From positions 222,270,001-222,334,000 of the forward strand of contig OX597814.1 in NCBI GenBank assembly GCA_951406725.2: a DNA stretch of 64,000 bases, written 5' to 3'. The position numbers and the translations under genes are program-made. Below, one piece after another: positions 26,647 through 40,546 of this stretch (positions within the stretch are counted from its first letter, which is position 1; every line of letters begins with the position of its first letter). The notes beneath the pieces were generated by a model. The model had not been told where the DNA came from, did no database searches, and saw nothing but the letters and a program-made list of their open reading frames with translations. Source of the DNA: Octopus vulgaris (Eukaryota).

Positions 26647-28499
26647 GCAAAAATCTAAGCTATGCTGCAGTTTGAATAACCACTGCACTGTGTAAGGGGA
26701 AATACTAAATATATCAACAGTAACGAAAAATACAAGTAACGGGACGGGAAATAAACATGGTAAGGGTCAATTAGAAATAATATTAATGCCATTAGCTATG
26801 ATACTGAATTATTTAAGAGTACCAAGAGCAAAGAAAATGGATAAGAGGTCAGATTCTAAGAAGCTAAATATAAAATATAGCATAAAATGTATAAGCGAAT
26901 TCGATGAAGTGACCGAACAAAAGCATCAAGCAAAATATCCAAAACTTTGTCACATGTATAAAGAATTATCTAGAGTAAAGATCAAACTGCTTCAAGGATA
27001 AAATTATGTTCCAAGACAATACTGAACATCCTTTGCAAAAGAAAATACAAAACCTCTGAAACCACACTTCTTAAGTAGAAGTAGTGCAAACGTTTTGGAA
27101 ATGAATCCGTTCGAATAATAATTAATGCAATCGTCATGATCCTTGACACTGAACGTATTAAAAAGTAGACATTGAAAGATATCTCTGCTCTGTAATATGT
27201 TTTGGTAAGCTATCTCTGTTGAAGCTCTCAGACCAACACTGGGAAAATATAGTAAATGGAAATAACACGGAGTAGAAAGAATATCTAACTGCTGAAAATG
27301 AAAGAAAATGTTGTCCTGAGCAAGATTTGAACTCACTACATGAGAAACCAGTATAAATAGGTATTCTGCCCAATTTCCATTTAACATGTCAGCACACCTA
27401 ATATTGATAATGGTTTCAAAATTAGGCACCAGCACCGAAATTTAGAAAAGCTATCGCTAACAGTACTTGACTGGTACTTTATTCTATAGACCCAGAGGGT
27501 GGAAAACAAAGTCTACATTGGTAGGATTTCAAAGCATATTGCGAAGAGCATAAAGAAAGAGCACAAGTTATTTTTTGGAGTCTCTAACGATTCTGACTGG
27601 CTACTTCCTCTCATACGTTAATTCTCATAATGCGCCAAGTCGCTAAACAGCATTTCTTAAATGTATAAAGTGTTAGTTTTCACTAAGCTAAATAGAATTT
27701 AGCAATACATGTTTGCCCCCTTTATAAATATAAAGTTTTGGCTTAAACACCCATACGCGTTTACAAATAAGGGTATTGTCCAACAAAGAAAGGTATAGAA
27801 CGACAGAGAACTGAAGAAAGATGAAAATGAATATATAAATGTGTGTGTATTTGTGTGTATTTTGTGTATGTGTGTATTGCGATGCCAGTTGAAAGTAGTC
27901 GTGTAATTGTGTTTCGCTGAATAACGTATCATCACACCGTTTAAATATGATAATGTATATCTCACAATATTCAAGTTCTTACTATTTTCCCCCCATATTT
28001 TAAAGTTGCTCTTCACTTCAGACTATGATTTGCAACGTATCTTACACAGTGCGGTACATATGAAAGAATCGGTTTAAATTACATTAGAAACTACAGTTTA
28101 GAATCTACTTTGGAGTTAGGCTATTTTATTGATATTTTTATGTCACTAAAATCTAAAAGATGAAAGAAGGATGTACAATTTTATGGGAGTAGAACACAAA
28201 TCATAATCGGCGTATTTAGCAATAACCGGATATATTATGAGAAAAAGTGCATTTAAACGCTCAGTCGTGGCGTTTCAATACCGTCTAAAGAATTACATTG
28301 CAGCTGGATTAACCAATATCCTTTGAAGAATACGACATTCAGAAACTATAGTCCACTCGTAGGAGTGTCATATGAAAAGAAAAGCTACCATTATGGAAAA
28401 CTATGAATATACATATATTGTTCGCACTGCATGATAATCTATTACTTGGCAGCAAAACTAATACGTGTATTTCTACAAAAGCTTTCGTATAATACAATA

Positions 28500-28525
28500 C
28501 ATGCATATATATGTATATGTGTGTG

Positions 28526-28573
<48 letters not shown>

Positions 28574-28726
28574 TACACATACATACATAAATATATATGT
28601 ATATATATATATGCATATATATATCTATGTGCGTATGTATATTTGTATATATATATAAACATATTCACAAAACACCAATACATATACATAATGATATATA
28701 TGTCTATATATGTATGCATGTATGTA

Positions 28727-28761
<35 letters not shown>

Positions 28762-28798
28762 ATATATATATATATATGTATATGTCTTCGTGTATAGC

Positions 28799-28829
<31 letters not shown>

Positions 28830-28844
28830 GTCTTCGTGTATAGC

Positions 28845-28881
<37 letters not shown>

Positions 28882-29007
28882 GTCTTCGTGTATAGCTATG
28901 TATATATATATAAATATATGCATATATATATGTACATGCATATTTATGTATATATATCTATATATCTATCTATCTATATGTGTATAGATACATATGTATG
29001 TATGTAA

Positions 29008-29063
<56 letters not shown>

Positions 29064-29189
29064 GTCTTCGTGTATAGCTATGTATATATATATAAATATA
29101 TGCATATATATATGTACATGCATATTTATGTATATATATCTATATATCTATCTATCTATATGTGTATACATACATATGTATGTATGTAA

Positions 29190-29229
<40 letters not shown>

Positions 29230-29230
29230 G
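28500..29230. repeat. Complex TA-rich tandem region with ~180-bp duplication and 4x tgtcttcgtgtatagctatg motif
   Basis: Motif near 28783, 28829, 28881 and 29063; about 28880-29060 repeats as about 29062-29230. Confidence 0.85.
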
Positions 29231-29578
29231 CACATATATGAGTTCGTGCTTGTAATCAAATGTATAAGTAGTAAGCAATACTAAAAAGTATATAAAACAG
29301 GAAACAAAGAAGATAAACCGCATTCTATCGAACAAAAGAACATACAAGCTTGAAAGGAAAACTTGTTAAAAAGGGAAAATAAAGGCAAAGAAAGTATGAC
29401 AAAGAACAGGTGTGTAAGGCTTCAGCCTGTATAATTATACACATGGCAATGTAAGGAGTATGAGAGAAATAAAACAAAATGAAACCCAGATATTTAGCAT
29501 AATTTGTTGGTAATTGGTAATGTTTAATATTCAATTATTCCCTAATAACAAATCTGTCCCGTGCTTTCAAAGGAAGCC

Positions 29579-29619
<41 letters not shown>

Positions 29620-29789
29620 TTCACACATACAATCGAAAACCAAAAATAAAATAAAAACTGATACAACAAAGACAGCAACAACAACTATAACAACTAGAAG
29701 AACAATAATGGCAATGGTTTCAAATTGTGGCACAGTGCCAGCAATTAATCGATTTCGTGGTTTCCATTAAATGATTTCCCTTTCTATTA

Positions 29790-30519
29790 TTTTATTGACG
29801 CGGGATGTATAAAAGGGCAAAGTCGACCTCGGCGGGATTTGAGCTTAGAACTTAAAAATGCGAAAGAAATGTCGAAGCGCTAACAACTCTGGAAACTTGC
29901 TTCTGAAATTAAAATAATACCAATCTTTTCTTCTATAGGCAAGTGGCCTGAGAAAGAGGGCAAGTCAATGACATCGACTCCAGTTCTCGACTGGTACTTA
30001 TTATATCGACCTCGAAAAGATGAAACTAAAGTCGACCTCCATGGAATCTGCGTAGCGAGTTGCATGAAATGCCTCTATGCCCGATTTTGCCCGATTGCTA
30101 ACGGCTTTGCCCGCTCACTGCTGTTACAATACTTACAATAATCATTTCTGCTTAGACATAAGGCTTGAAATTTTGCAGGAGGAAGCCAGTCGATTACATT
30201 TACATCAATGTTCAACTGGTATTTATTTTGATGGACACTGAAATGATGAAAATTTGAAGTCAGAACGTAGTGACGAACGAACATGCCGGTAAGCAATTTG
30301 GAAGGCGCACAAATGATTGTACTACTCGTTGCCTTAGAGGATTTTTCGAATTGTTCCCACAATACTTGGAAGGGGCTAGTCAGCCACGTGGTACTTTATT
30401 TTATCGATGCGATAGGAATGGAAAGCAAATTTGACTTCGGTGCATTTGAACTTAGAACGGAAAGAAATACCGCTACGAATTGTATCCGTCGTGCTAACGA
30501 TTTCTACCAGCTCACCGCG

Positions 30520-30520
<1 letters not shown>
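29790..30520 (-). mobile_element. Cluster of about four same-orientation diverged family C SINE copies
   Basis: Recurrent tggtactt..tttatcga..gatgaaa..aagtcgacctc..tttgaacttagaac motifs near 29820, 30000, 30220 and 30390. Confidence 0.7.
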
Positions 30521-30576
<56 letters not shown>

Positions 30577-30589
30577 GTAATAATAATAG

Positions 30590-31261
30590 ATGTCCTGATG
30601 CAATACCAGGCGGTGGCTATGTCCTGATGCAGTACCATGCAGTGGCTATGCCCTGATGCAGTACCAGGCAGTGGCTATGCCCTGATGCAGTACCAGGCAG
30701 TGGCTATGCGCTGATGCAGTACCAGGCAGTGGCTCCCATGGCTCCTTATCTTAACTGATTGGAAGTTTTATCATGTACATTGTTTTGTCTTGGTATAAAA
30801 GATAGGCTATAGCAAATATTCTGCTCAATACCACAGATTAGTTTGTCAGTTGCTTGACCTTAACCAGGTGAGCATGTCCCTTAGTGGCTGACGATATGTG
30901 CATCTCTGATCACGAGCAGAAGTAGTGGGGAGCATCATAGCCATGTGTTGAGAGGGATTCTTTGGGGCTTGAATAATGCACCTCTGGAAACATGGGTGTT
31001 TCGTTCAACATCCTTAAATAACCCTTATTCAGAGACCTTTTGAGCGGGGTGAGTTACTCGACAAGAAGAAAAATTCTAACTGGGCCCCACCTGCAAGGTC
31101 ATGTGCTGTTTATTTTGATATGAGATCACCATGTCGCGCACATATGGTTGTGATGCATGTGCCTAGTGTACCCTTATCAGACTGGTAGTCATGATGGGTA
31201 TACTGGGCTTCGTATATTTTACCCCAGGGTCACTTTGATGGCATGCACTGCTCTCTCACTC
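30590..31261 (+). mobile_element. Repeat family D with 5' 29-bp unit amplified five times
   Basis: atgYcctgatgcagtaccaggcagtggct x5 (30590-30734), then family D body; (AAT)n on both sides. Confidence 0.9.
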
Positions 31262-31304
<43 letters not shown>

Positions 31305-32584
31305 GTCTTTACTTCAGGCACAAGCGCTAAAATTTTGGTGGAGGGGTTTAGTCAACAACATTGGCCCCATTCCAAGGAAATATCCATATCTTGCACAAGC
31401 GACTGTCTATTGAATAAGTACCTAATCCTGTTAAGCAGCTATCCATCAATTTTCTTTTTGTTTTTCCCAAGTGATATCGTGAAGTCTCCTACTGCGTGAT
31501 TGGAGATCTCGGCGGTGCTACAATGACGGAATTAGTTCAACCGTAAATCATAAGATAATCTACTACTGATTTACGCTTATATTACTAGTTTATATATCAT
31601 TAAAAACAATAATTTACTATATGATACTTTCAAAATATGAACATAAATTCACTAGTATTGAAAGTACGGGAATTAATTTTCCGCATCATTACGAGCCGAT
31701 ATATAAATGAATGGATGCGTGCCAAAAGGGGTAAAGAAAATACTGTATTAAAATGTACGATCGTGAAAATTATAGATATACATATACATGTGAATGCATA
31801 AAAAAAATATAGATGCGAATTGAGGTCGAAGACACTGGGATTTAATATGCATAGCACAGTAAGAAAAATAGCAAAACCGAACAATCTAGATGAACGTTTC
31901 TATGTATTATAAAGTAGCCGGAATATAGATTAAAATGCAACATACACAAGTTGGAATGGTAATGAGGAACAAGGAGAGGATGATTCTAAATTAGAACTAA
32001 TAACTCTATTTTTACATTTAGGATAATGTGATATAGAAAAAAATTTGGCGGTCATATTTCTGATGCTGCAGAGGACATTTTCTGAAATTTAGATACAAAC
32101 ACACACACACATACACACACATACACTCACACACAGACACACACACGCACAAACACACACAAACAAGCAAACAAACAAACATACACTCACACTCTCTGTC
32201 TAGCTCACATATACACATAGACACACATAATACATCATAAAGGAAAATAGTGAATCATACATTTTACCAAATTTGTTTATTAAAGTATTATTTTCAATAA
32301 ATTCCAATCCCACTTGTGTTTCTGCTGGATAAGTGTCCTGTGTCTTTTGATCTTGTAATTATGTGTATTTAGTCGATTAATATTAAATCAATTGCAATAA
32401 AAATGTATGAAAACACTAACATTTCTATGCACGTTTATTTATGGTGTTACCCATACGAGTGACTGATGCGATCTCGATTCTGGATGTTCCCTATCATACA
32501 ATGTGGTTAGTCATATTTGTATCAAAGGGCTCAGTTTAAAATCTCTATTCCTTTACGTTATATATACACACACACATATATATA

Positions 32585-32624
<40 letters not shown>

Positions 32625-32627
<3 letters not shown>

Positions 32628-32790
32628 AGAATTATTGAATTTCTAAATCTCTCGTAGAGACATGTACGGTGGTGGGGCGATAGAATGGTTGTATAATGTC
32701 AATCTAACAAGAATGTGACAGTAGGGGGTACACCTACAGCGGTGGTGTACCCCCTACTGTCACGTTCTTGTTAGATTGACAGTATACAAC

Positions 32791-32798
<8 letters not shown>
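32625..32798 (-). mobile_element. Short fold-back insertion in (TA)n: 55-bp inverted repeat plus unique tail
   Basis: 32680-32734 versus 32744-32798 (2 mismatches, 9-nt spacer); 55-nt unique tail at left; (TA)n on both sides. Strand inferred from the tail side. Confidence 0.7.
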
Positions 32799-32837
<39 letters not shown>

Positions 32838-32914
32838 CACACATATATATATAATTAGAAGGTTAAAAAGGAACACACGAGTTGATATGTATAAGGAAAA
32901 ACACAAACACACTA

Positions 32915-32950
<36 letters not shown>

Positions 32951-35094
32951 ATATAGATAGATATATACGTACATCCATTCACATTTATGAATGTATGTGC
33001 ATATATATATACATATATATATATACATACACACACACATATATATATATACATATGTAAATTGATGGGAATGCCCATGCGATAACTTGGCTCGTATGTG
33101 TGATACGGAGTATCTATATAGTCTTTTGTCTAGTGTGTGTTCTTATGCGTGAATGCAGTTCAAGTATATGAAAAGAGATTTGTTATATTAAGAAAATTGG
33201 TTGATATTTAATAAAATACCCTACTAATTGTTTCAACGTATTGTTTTATAACTCAGGAAATAGAATGCAGGAAATTTTAAGGGCCAAGAAACGGATAACA
33301 AAACGTGAATAATCGTGCATTAATGAAATGTATCCCTAACACTATCAGGTTAAATCAGAAATGGTTATTTTAATAGGTGAAGTTATTCTATCACTTTTAT
33401 TAGATCCATGTAATATGTAAACCAATATGTATGCAAACGAAGCTGGTAATAGTAACTGTTCCAAAAAAAAAATTATATTTGAAATGGAGGGAAAATATGA
33501 TTTAGTATTATTCAGAAATAATCGCTGTAGCAGGGTAGTACCATTTTAACACAATCTAATGAGATGCACGCATATAAACATGTACGTGTTAAAATAGAAA
33601 TCACTAATGTTAGGTAAACGAAATTAAATTTAAACTTTAAATTCTAATAGGAATAGATTTTAGTAAAATGATCGTTTTAGCACTGAGTGGTAAAAAGTAT
33701 GTGAGTATGAAATTATACAAATTATAACATTGCGCAAAAACATTTTCTACATAGTTATTTGTGTTAGTATAAAAATAGCATGTGCAGTTATTGTTAAGAC
33801 AAATATTCACCGTTGCAAGTGGATTTTAGTTCGTTAGCAAAGTAAGTTAAGAGTGAGAAAGAATTAATGATGGTACAAAAGATATGTTATGGTAAGGATA
33901 GAGCATAGTATAAACTTTGTACTTATGGAATATAAATCAATGCGGTACTCATAGTATAAATCAACGAGTAGTCAGCATATAATGCTAGTTCTGAATAAAC
34001 CATTAATATCTACCTGTTGGTATAAATTAGAATTTCAATATCATGTAATATTCACGTAGACATGAGGATAAGCGACCTGAATGAACATAAAGAAGGGACG
34101 AGTTTTGAACTATTTTTTACATTCATTATCGACAAGTGTTTATACTGTAAACGTAAGATTTGTTGACAGATAGAATGATTCACATAATATACTGCACTCC
34201 TACGATGACTAAAACACCGAATGTTATAACATGTCAATCACATATCCACATATTCATGAATAAAATTTTGGTGATTATCACTTTTAAACAAGTCGCGAGA
34301 TGAAGTACTTGTGATTTCTAAGCTAGGTTTCGTAAATATGTACTTTTCATAAATGTATTACATGCCATTTCAGTCACACTTCTCTTGTAACTACTTCTTT
34401 ACACTAAGATAATTAAGGTTACTTATTCCAGTAAACTGGTCGAGATAGATTTACCATTCTTTGATCAGTTCTAGGCGTATCCAAAACGTACCAGTTTATG
34501 TACGATTTCCGTTCAGTAGTGACCAAGCAGAAGATTTCCATGTCTTCAACATACACTTTCTTCTATGCGGGCACCGACTAAACACCTCACTTTTGGGATC
34601 TGAGAAGACGCCAGAGTCAAGCGTATACACAATGCAAACTTTTCTTGGCTTAAGAACAAGGATCCTAAAAAATTCTGTTTATTAAGAGGATGAATTGTTA
34701 ACACCGGTAAGAAAGGCTCATGTAGTCTGACGTTAAATGTGTCTTGGAAATGTACATTATGATTGGTAGAGGATTCAAATGTAAAAAACAAAACTGTACA
34801 AGTTTGAGAATGTGACTGGTTTATAAGGAGTGAGGTAATTATAATTGGAAAAGATCTCAAATGTTTGCAGGAGTAGAGGCAGGTCTAGTAATACATTTAT
34901 TCATAGTTAAATTCTCACTAAAAAGTCTTTCGTACCATTAATAAACAAAAGATTTGGAATGGTTTATACAATTTCGTTTAGAACGAGTATTTAGAAGCTA
35001 GAGTCCTATGATAAACAGTATTACAACATATCAAGAAAGGAGGTTACATGTTCTTTATAAGTGTGGGCACTGTTTTTGTTATTTCTCTAATGAA

Positions 35095-37624
35095 TGTTAC
35101 AACAGATAGAGTGGTCCAAATAAAATATAAAGAGTAACGATACGAGTGAATTCGGAGTTCGGAGTCGAGTGAATTTAGAGTTAATTCGCGGTGAAGTCGG
35201 TAGGTATCGGCTGGTTAGTTCAAAGAGAATACTTATTGTTGGTTCGTTAAGAGATTTGTTAGTTCGTTACATTGTTTTGCTGCTGTCTGGTTATTTTATT
35301 TATTGTTCGTAACAGATTACGTTACAACATCTGGCGACGAAGGTTTCGAAGCTCACGTAGGTTATTTAACAATTTGTTCGTAATACAACTTGTTAAATAA
35401 TAGAAGACCTATTTAGCTTCCATAGTACAGTTGCAAAAGCATCAAGAGCGGCAACAAGAGTTGCAGAAGCAACAACTACAACAACGATTATTGAGACTGT
35501 GTTCAAAGAAGTCAAAAACTGAGGTAATTTCGTTTTCGCCAGACGGCGTTTCAAACTCCAATTATGAATTCAGCGATACCCCAGAGGAGGGTATAACTTT
35601 TGCATCGTACTACAGAAAGTACGAGAATTTTCAGCAAGATTGCAAATCATGGTCGGGCGAACAAAAACTGAGAATGTTATTGCAAAAAGTAGCGCCGTTA
35701 GAACATGAACGTTACTGTAACTTCATATTTTCCCCCAAAAAAAACAATGAAATATGTTTTAAAGAAACAATAGAATTACTGTCTAACATATTCGGTGACA
35801 AAACGTCTCTTTTTAAAACTCGAATGGAGTTTTGGAGTATAACATAAAAAGAAAATGATGATTTTATCACATACGCAGGAACAGTCAACAGGATGTGCGT
35901 ATGTTTTTAATCAAAGAATTCACATCTGAGATATTCAAGTGTCTTATTTTCGTGTAATGCCTTACAACAAGCGAAGATGCAGAAATTTGGGAAATAATTC
36001 TGTTTGAATTGGAACATGAGAACCAAGATCTAAACTTAAAGCCCGTGGCAGAAGAATGCCAAAGGATGGTTGGCCTGAAACACGATGTAGAACAAATTCA
36101 AGGAAAGGATGTCTCAGAAACACAAATATGGTGATTGAAATGACACTATCACGGCCTCTTCTAGCGGTTCCACGCTCTGGGGAATTAGCCTTGATAAGCA
36201 GGCTGCATTACCAATTTTCTTCAATGGAATATGCAGCATCTTATAAATTGTAGTTCAGCAATATTGTGCCCCAGAGTTGTATTCGGTTCGCTGTATGGGT
36301 AAGCAATCCTTTCTTTGATCCAAAAATCGATCGTGATGATCGATGGTCGGTTTGTAACAAACAACGTGACATTAGTCCACATATCGTCTATTGTGTGTAA
36401 TATAGTCCAGGAACTGCCGGTGTGAGCACATGATATCAAAATGAAATCCGTAAAGGATAGTTACATTACCAGAATAAAAGAAACCTTGAAAAATAAGCAT
36501 AATAAAAATAAAAATTCAAATATGTTCTCACTATGCGACGATGTCTTAATGTACGCGTGGAGAACAATACTACCAGGTGCACTGATGGGAACGAATATTG
36601 CAACAATTCCACTGTGGGCACCCGGGAGAGTCCAAAATAAAAGCTTAATGAAAAGCATTGTACATTGGCCGACTATGGACATGGGCATCAAACATTTAGT
36701 GAAAGTATGTAGTATGTAGAGGTTGTGCGTTGGCAACCAAAGTACCACCAGTAAAATGACAATCGTGGCCGGAGACCGAGAATATATAGAATAACGCCAA
36801 CTCTAAATACTAATTCCGGAAAGTCACCAGCAGAGTTAACGTTCGAGCGTAGAATAAAATCAATTTTCGATAAATTATTGCCAGGAAAAAAAAATAGATA
36901 TAAAAGAAAGACAAAAATATATTTGAAGGAAATACAAGAAATATTACAAAACATTTCAAAGTGAGATATAAAGTTCAATTAAAAGATTACATAATAGTAA
37001 AGAAGGTTGGGAGGTTGGCTGTGCAATCACAAGATTAGGTAATGTGATGTATTTAATTAGAGGACAACGGTCGGAATATAAGAGACACCTTAACCAGTTA
37101 AAAGATAAGACATACAGAAGAACGAAGGATAATACCAATGGAACTCTTCTATGATATGTTTGAAGTACCAGCACCGAGAAATATTGAACCCCGTAGAACC
37201 AGAAAATGAAAACAGACTGAAAATCTGGAAGTAATACCTAAACGAAAGATATATTAATTTGCAAAAATAAAAAGGAAGATAATATTAACTTTTCAAAAAT
37301 AAGAAAAGACAAGTGTGCTTAGTTTAACGAATGAAAAAGTGCTGTGTGCAATGAACAATTTAAGCAGAAAGAAAGAAAGAGAGGGAGAGAGTGAGAGAGG
37401 TGCTGGAAAGAAAAGAAAAAAGAGTAAAAATAAAAGAAATTTCACTTTCTCATAGTAGTTGAAATCTCAAAAGGGGAGATGTTGTGATGAGAGATACGAC
37501 ACCCCCTTGCAAGTGATAGACTGGTTCAAGTAAAGTATGAATTGTAACGATCCAAGTGAGTTCGGAGTCGAATGAAGTTCGTTTAAGTTCGCAGCGAAGT
37601 CAGAAGGTGTCGGTTTTCAAAACA
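35095..37624 (+). mobile_element. Decayed Gypsy (Mag-like) LTR retrotransposon with internal deletions and an inversion
   Basis: 5' LTR ending ..acaaCA at 35329; PBS TGGCGACGAAGG at 35332; gag-like ORF 35431-35847 (EFSDTPEEGITFASYYRKYE..IFGDKTSLF); RNase H motifs on the minus strand 36137-36385; integrase zinc-binding-region remnant (KSLMKSIVHWPTMD..VKVC); PPT aaaaggggaga then TG at 37480; 3' LTR resembles 35104-35210. Confidence 0.88.
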
Positions 37625-38374
37625 TTATTTGTAAACATGCTCAGAATCAAGAACAAAAAATATGAGGAAAAGCAAACTTCGAGAAACAAAGAAAAGGAGG
37701 TAATATAAAATTTGCACGTGTATAGACATTGAAAACAATCATAATCTACACAGTTCGCAGATTCTCTTTTCTGTTTGTCTAGTTTTCATGATTTTGTATG
37801 GCAAAAGTTTTCCATTCAAATATATTTAATCTTTTTGCTGAGTAAAACATATTAAATACAAGATGAAATTTTGTAAAGAAAATATATTTGAAAAAAGAAA
37901 AATAATGTAAGAGAAAAGTTCAAGAATGTGGAAAAGAAATAATATATAATACGTATGTGTGTTTTCTTGCAAAAGTAAGGAGGTAGAAAATTATGGTAGA
38001 CCGCGAGGTGTCGTAGAAGCGTTAGGTGTTTTGCATAGATATATAGTTCAAATAGTTTTGTAACTCTCGTGTCTGCGTGTTGTAGCCCATTCGGGTTGAT
38101 TTCAGATTATGGTATGGTAATCTACGATGTATCTTCTGAATTATTTCATACAGATGTCTAAATGTCTAAACTGTTTCACTGAACTTATAATTTGTTATAA
38201 GATGAAGGTATTTCCCTGCAACATGCTACTGGATTATTTTACGCATTTCTCTCATTTCTCGGGCTTTTTGGAAGGTGTTTTTGAATTTTTTTCTTAATAT
38301 GAATACGACATATTGTTCTTTATGAGGCAAAAATAGTCGAAGCGAATAAATGACATGGTAGATTTCAGATACAA

Positions 38375-38466
<92 letters not shown>

Positions 38467-39935
38467 CATATATACATATATATACATATATATATACATA
38501 TACATATATATACATATATATATGAATATGTGTGTGTGTTTGTTTGTTTGTGTACATATATATATATATATATATATGCAAATATATAATATATATATAA
38601 AAAGTTTGTGGGCAAACGAAAGAAAAAGGCACACAACACATTAAGTAGAAGTTACATATATTGTCGGTATTTAAGACAATAGTTTTAAATAAGATATGTG
38701 TGTGCGCGTGTATGTGTGTGTATATTTATGTGTGTGCATGTTTGTGAGAGTGTGCTTGTATGTGTGTGAGTGCGTGTGTACCGCATCATTTTTGATACTT
38801 CTGCCCTCCATGTCCGTCACCCTCTGCCATAGCCTTACCGTTTTGCTTCTCCCAGCGATAGATCTTTTCTCACCAATTTCTCACAAAATCCAATCGTTAG
38901 CTTAGTTGATTCCTCTAATTCCACCCTGCCCTTCATTTGTTTCTGCTATAATCTCATCATCTCCAATAGCCCACTATTATCTCTTATTCATCTTTCATTC
39001 AACAATTTTCCCCTTCTCTCTTCCCCCAACCTACACCCTCTCGCCGTTTTAATTCACATCTTTGCATCATTGTCTTGGTAGCTACTTCTTTTATTCAATC
39101 GCAGCTGCTCTCTTGCTTAAAGCTACAAGACATTTCCAAGTTTTTTAAGCTTTACTTTCTTAATTGTCGAGGACTAAATGCCATTTATCCTATTATTCCC
39201 AAATTGCTTCGTTTTGATTTTTTTACACATTAAAATTAGCATTAAGTTGTAAAATGACAAATAGTTATACATTCTTCCTCGATTTCCTGCGTGCCTTGTC
39301 CCCATTTTTCATTTCCTGTCGTAATAATACTGATATCTTCTCTTCCTCTCATATCGTATTTTTCCGGTATCCACACTCACCATTGAACAATGTGCAATAA
39401 ACAATACATTCGTATGCTATATACAAATGCATGCACGTTCAGTTTCAAACTCTGGGACAAGTAGGCTTAACACAAGAAGAAATGTATGAATGAGCGGATT
39501 TTCTTACGAACGCATTAGTATAAAGTTGTGCTCATGTTTCTTTATGCGCACATTTTGTTTGTAATAGATACGAAGCCCTATCTTTAAATCTTAGACATAA
39601 TAATAACAAAATGTAGAAGTATGAAATTGTAACAGGCTCGTGTACGGATAGATAAATATGTTAAACTGTGGCTAAAGTAAATAATGAAAAGTGTCTTTAG
39701 CTATTATCTCGTAGATAAGTACTTCAATGCTTGTAATTTATTCCTTCAGAAAGAGAATTGCGATTTTTTAAACGTTAGCATCACAAAGTCTCATACTTGA
39801 GGTCAAGTAAATATTCTCTAATGACATTCCTTTAAAATTATAGAATTCAAAACTTATGCAAATTCTGACAAATGACCCCTTCATCTTATGAGTTTATTGC
39901 CATGTGCACAGTCAACTCAGTATTTGTGTGATACT

Positions 39936-39990
39936 GTAGTTGTTGTTGTTGTTCTTGTTCTTGTTCTTCTTCTTCTTCTTCTTCTTCTTC

Positions 39991-40025
<35 letters not shown>

Positions 40026-40132
40026 GTTATTGTTATTATTATCATTGTTATTATTATTATTATTATTGTTATTATTATTATTATTATCATTACTATTATT
40101 ATTATTATCATCATCATCATTATTATTATTAT
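39936..40132. repeat. Compound GTT/CTT/ATT microsatellite
   Basis: Directly visible. Confidence 0.95.
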
Positions 40133-40468
40133 ACCGTTTGAAGATGGGTGATTGTGTGGACGGAATGTCCTATAACGTCTCGCAAGCCGAAATTTCGAAC
40201 TCTCTGTCACTTCTCTTTTCTTCGTAAAAGTATAATAAACATGTTCACTACACGGGAATTGTGTTAGGAAACACGTCGCCTCCAAATGTACGGTCGTGAC
40301 ACCAAACACCCTTACGGTACTATATAAGATCATCGACAATCAAAAAAAAAATGTAGATTTCCATGCTCCGTCGTTCTTTTAGCAACAATCTGCAGCTTTC
40401 CGTCTCCCTAATCGAATACATATTTAAACATATTTAAAGTCGAAAGGGATGAATATATATGTAAAGTA

Positions 40469-40546
<78 letters not shown>

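Noticed and set aside
27004-27435. 143-aa minus ORF with a good acceptor near 27292 as a candidate continuation of the split PAN domain
   Set aside because: Lacks the expected PAN C-terminal pattern; composition looks non-coding and the 5' part overlaps a SINE remnant.
30590-30734. 29-bp direct repeats of CRISPR-like length
   Set aside because: Units are contiguous with no spacers, there are no cas genes, and the context is eukaryotic; it is the amplified end of repeat family D.
34515-34664. Minus-strand peptide KVCIVYTLDSGVFSDP..RKC vaguely like a CUB N-terminus
   Set aside because: Key CUB residues (SPNYP, conserved W) are absent and the reading phase does not fit the known exons.
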